Assembly (NCBI GenBank): GCA_002269645.1
Contig: NIVC01001485.1
Coordinates: 1-64,000 of the forward strand
Length of the DNA: 64,000 nt
Direction of reading: 5' to 3'
Origin: Macrostomum lignano
Taxonomy: Eukaryota
Positions 59,890 through 64,000 of the stretch are shown here, piece after piece. Under the pieces are notes generated by a model. That model was not told where the DNA came from and did not search any database. It worked only from the letters and a program-made list of their open reading frames with translations. The translations under genes were made by a program, and so were the position numbers. Numbering within the stretch: position 1 is the first letter of the stretch; every line of letters starts with the position of its first letter.

Positions 59890-60990
59890 TAAAATTGTGG
59901 TTTTTAGTGATGAAACCTACTGATTTTGATCAATAAAGTCTGCATTTTAACGTAAAAATGCATAAAAACTGTGAAAAATTGTATTTTCTTATAAAAAATG
60001 CTCATTTCTAGCAATTTAGGCTTCAATAGCCATGTCTTTGGCTGATTTTGGGCTGGCTTGTGGATGTTTGTGTGGGGTTCATTCCTGCTTAAAAGCTGTC
60101 TAAGGTCAAGTTGAAAGCGATATTTGGACAAATTAGCTGTTGAAAGTATGGTTTCTAGTGATGAAACTACTGATTTTGATCAATAAAGTCTGCATTTTAA
60201 CGTAAAAATGCATAAAAACTGTGAAAAATTGTATTTTCTTATAAAAAATGCTCATTTCTAGCAATTTAGGCTTCAATAGCCATGTCTTTGGCTGATTTTG
60301 GGCTGGCTTGTGGATGTTTGTGTGGGGTTCATTCCTGCTTAAAAGCTGTCTAAGGTCAAGTTGAAAGCGATATTTGGACAAATTAGCTGTTGAAAGTATG
60401 GTTTCTAGTGATGAAACTACTGATTTTGATCAATAAAGTCTGCATTTTAACGTAAAAATGCATAAAAACTGTGAAAAATTGTATTTTCTTATGAAAAATG
60501 CTCATTTCTAGCAATTTAGGCTTCAATAGCCATGTCTTTGGCTGATTTTGGGCTGGCTTGTGGATGTTTGTGTGGGGTTCATTCCTGCTTAAAAGCTGTC
60601 TAAGGTCAAGTTGAAAGCGATATTTAGACAAATTAGCTGTTGAAAGTATGGTTTCTAGTGATGAAACTACTGATTTTGATCAATAAAGTCTGCATTTTAA
60701 CGTAAAAATGCATAAAAACTGTGAAAAATTGTATTTTCTTATGAAAAATGCTCATTTCTAGCAATTTAGGCTTCAATAGCCATGTCTTTGGCTGATTTTG
60801 GGCTGGCTTGTGGATGTTTGTGTGGGGTTCATTCCTGCTTAAAAGCTGTCTAAGGTCAAGTTGAAAGCGATATTTAGACAAATTAGCTGTTGAAAGTATG
60901 GTTTCTAGTGATGAAACTACTGATTTTGATCAATAAAGTCTGCATTTTAACGTAAAAATGCATAAAAACTGTGAAAAATTGTATTTTAAT
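59890..60990. repeat. 250-bp tandem repeat in right arm of C (4 full copies plus partial)
   Basis: Minus-strand unit starts at 60131, 60381, 60631, 60881. Confidence 0.92.
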
Positions 60991-62501
60991 GAAAAAAAAT
61001 GTGCATTTCTAGTCATTTAGCTTTTAAAATAACCTAATTTCTTGTTTGAAATTCCAACTTTACTTTGTATGGAGAGGTCAGTGCATGATTCATTCCTGCT
61101 TCTAACAGATTAAACCGACCGTCTCAAAGACCAAGTCTGAAAGCTTGAAGTGAGAAGGTAGGGGAGGCGGAGAGGCAGAATTGAATAGCCTCACGTATTT
61201 AAATATGTGGACTTCACTACTTCTAGTATAACGCAAGGGTGACTTATACAATTTACAAAGTTTAGAATCAAGTAAATCAGAATTGCATGCGGTGGAGACA
61301 CTGATTCATAGGCTGTGTACATTTACAAATGCAGCTGGGGTTTGTCAATGCAGGTAGAGGTTGGCGGACTCGGATTTGCTCAGATTCGCGGGGTTGATAT
61401 GTGCATTAAAAGTTGGTTTCTTGCTATCTGGGGCGGCATGGATGACGTAATCGGAGAAGAGAGGGGTTTTGCTGAATGAAGTTTAATATAGGGTCGGTGC
61501 TGTGGAAAGATCTGTCTGTACACTGAAAATGGAGAGAGGGTCGAAATTCCTTGGCATTTAGAAGGGGGACAGAGAGAACAGGGGCGAGTGTTAAAATTTA
61601 GCCCGATTTTGCTATGGGGTCTGCGCTGTGAAGACGAGTCTGGTGAACATCGGAGGGGTGGCTGTTTTCGAACAGGGTTGAATTTGACTATGGTCCGAGT
61701 TAAAGGGTGATTCAGCGTTCAGTATAGGAGCTTCGAGGGGATGGTTTACTGTAATTAAAGCGCGACGAAGCTTCTTGTATCATACCCACTGTCAATAGAA
61801 ATATAAAGCACTGCTTCAACACAGTCTTGTATTTGGGGGGACAGACTTGGGAGAGACTTGGATGACGCAACCTCCACCCCATTGCTTGGCGAGAGTTTGT
61901 ACAGGCCCGCCTCTATATGAAAGTATGTGTATTTTATAAGTGATTTCGAATAAATTATTCAGCATATTCAAACCTGTAGTCTCCGAGGGTAAAAATGTAC
62001 ATACCTAATTTTTGGGGTATGTAGCGGATATGAGTATAGAGGCTATCGATGTACATATAGACTCCGACCCGTATTATTCAAATCTGTCTCTGAGAATGTA
62101 CATTGGAAATATACATTACGATGTGAGCTATACAATTAGTTGACTCATTTGGATGAGGTTGTACATGTAGTAGGGTTTCGAGTTGTAATCTTGGTGGGCG
62201 CGGGCCGTCTGGGGATGACACTGTACATGTGGATTAATGCACATGTACATATAGAATTGGGGATAGACAATTTGGGATAGGGATTAATGTACATGGAATT
62301 AATGTACAATTTGAGATAGATAGGGATTAATGTACATGGAATTAATATGAGCATATGGATTATTACAACTACATATTGAATCACGCTTAGGATAGCGTTT
62401 TTGTATACTACTTACTTCATTTTCGGATAGTAGTATAATTTGCGTTTTTTGCGTCAAAACATCTGAAAATCGACAACAATCTGCGTCCTACGTAGTAACG
62501 T

Positions 62502-64000
62502 TCACTTGTACGTCAACCTGTCCGGGCATTTTCGGTTCCTCTGCGAACGCCGCGCCTGAGGAGTTGGAGGAAGCGGCGGCTGCGTGGGCGGCGGCGGCGC
62601 GGTCGGTGGCTGTGTGGGCGGAACTTCTGCCTCAGCCGATTCGTAGCGCAGGTCGTCATTCATTGGCAGTTCCGTGCTTCCTGAGGTCCGCGGTTCGACG
62701 CCTGCAGAGGCTACATGGTCGGCGTGGCGGCGTACAATGCGATCATCAGGCAGCCGGCACTCGTAGGACAAAGGTGCTGTTTGTCGGCTGAGGTAGCGGC
62801 TGATGCTGGCTGGCAGCCACTTCTGCTGACCCGTGAAATCCCGCACTACAACGTCGTCGCCTTCCCCGAAGGACCTCGCTCTGGCGCGCCTGTCGTGTTG
62901 TAGCTTCTGTGCCTCCTGTCGTCGCGTGACCGCAGCCGAGACGTCCGGACGTACCAGATCCAGCAGTGTTCGCAGAGGCCGGCCCATCATCAGCTGGCTC
63001 GGCGGAACGCCAGTCGTGCTGTGCGGAGTCACCCGGTAGGTCAGCAGGAACCGAGCGAGCCGAGTCTGCAGAGCCGCCGGCCGTCCCTTCACCAGAGCCG
63101 CCTTCACCGTTTGTACCGCGCGTTCCGCCAGGCCGTTGGACGCCGGATGATAGGGCGACACCTTGACATGCCGGATGCCATTGCTGCTCATGAAGCTCTC
63201 CATCTCTTGACTCACGAAGTTGGGCCCGTTGTCCGTCACCACGACCTCCGGCAGGCCCAGCTGGCTGAAAGTCCGCCGGAGCCGAAGCGGCTTGTGGTCA
63301 CTCTTCAGCTGGAAGTTCCGGCCGTACAGATAGGTGTTGAATCGCTTGACGCCGAAAATAACTGCCAAGGCCTCCTTCTCCGTCTGGGAGTAGTTCTTCT
63401 CCGCATCGGCCAGAGTGCGGGACGCAAACGCGATGGGCCGCTCCACGCCATCTATTAGGTGGCAGATGACCGCGCCGAGACCGTAGGGCGAGCTGTCGCA
63501 CTCCAGGATGACCTCTTTACCGGGGTCGAAATGCACTAGCGTCTGAGAGCTCAGCAGGAGCTCCTTGCAGCGGTGAAACGCACTCTCTTGCGGGCTGTTC
63601 CATTGCCAGGCAACGCCCTTGTCCAATAGGCGGTGCAGCGGAGCGAGCACGCTGGACAGGTTCGGCAGGAATCGTCCATAATAATTTATGAGCCCCAGGA
63701 AGCTGCGGAGCTGGGTGACGTCCTGGGGAGCTGGCGCCTCGACGATCGCGCTGACCTTGCTTTCCAGCGGGTGGAGACCGCCGGCGTCGATTCGGTGGCC
63801 CAGGTAACTCACGGACTCCTGCATGAACCGGCACTTGTCAGCTCGGCACTTCAGCCCAGCATCTTGTAGGCGCTGCAAAACAGCTTCTAGGTTCTCCAGG
63901 TGCTTCTCGTCATCAGTTCCTGTCACCAGCAGATCGTCGATAAAAGCCGCCGTGTGCGGTCTTCCTTGAAGCAAGCCGTCCATTGTCCTCTGAAACATGC
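62502..64000 (-). mobile_element. Ty3/Gypsy pol (RT C-half, RNase H, truncated integrase); continues beyond window
   Basis: FIDDLLV RT motif; LECDSSPYGLGAV..PIAFASRTL..NYSQTEKE..SDHKPL RNase H; TDNGPNF..HPASNGLAERAVQTVK integrase; stop at 62502-62504. Confidence 0.93.

Larger units (their letters stand above)
44228..62496. mobile_element. Element C: non-coding foldback Polinton-family element (8641 bp without B), hosting element B
   Basis: Termini ACTACGTAGGACGCAGATTG..CAATCTGCGTCCTACGTAGT; 6-bp TSD AACGTT at 44222-44227 and 62497-62502; near-identical arms 44228..47663+57292..57629 vs 58473..62496. Confidence 0.9.

Noticed and set aside
44228-62496. Long inverted duplication as a long-read chimera or misassembly
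   Set aside because: Matching TSDs at both nesting levels, different repeat counts and SNPs between arms, B present in only one arm, and restored Gypsy continuity argue it is real; spanning reads would still be the final test.

Overview
Animal (invertebrate-like) genomic DNA dominated by three Polinton/adintovirus-related elements that share unusual 5'-ACTAC...GTAGT-3' termini. Element A (<1..10251, TIR-bounded, about 10.6 kb predicted) is intronless. It encodes packaging ATPase, adenain-type protease, major and minor capsid proteins, core proteins, a retroviral-type integrase, a TBP-like protein, SSB/PC4-like proteins and a Fic enzyme, but no DNA polymerase. Element B (47664..57285, 6-bp TSD CATATA) encodes only a 7-exon protein-primed PolB with introns inside catalytic motifs A, B and C, and no capsid or integrase. 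Element C (44228..62496, 6-bp TSD AACGTT) is a non-coding ~8.6-kb foldback of the B family into which B has inserted. C itself sits between the pol stop codon and 3' LTR of a Ty3/Gypsy element, which interrupts a decayed Ulp1-bearing DNA transposon. The complementary gene sets suggest a split (bipartite) Polinton system with a non-coding satellite; this is an inference needing genome-wide tests. Host genes are a large multi-LamG adhesion GPCR and an RNF34/RFFL-like E3 ligase, both on the minus strand, among many minisatellites and MITEs. All protein family calls are by eye from motifs, with no database search.
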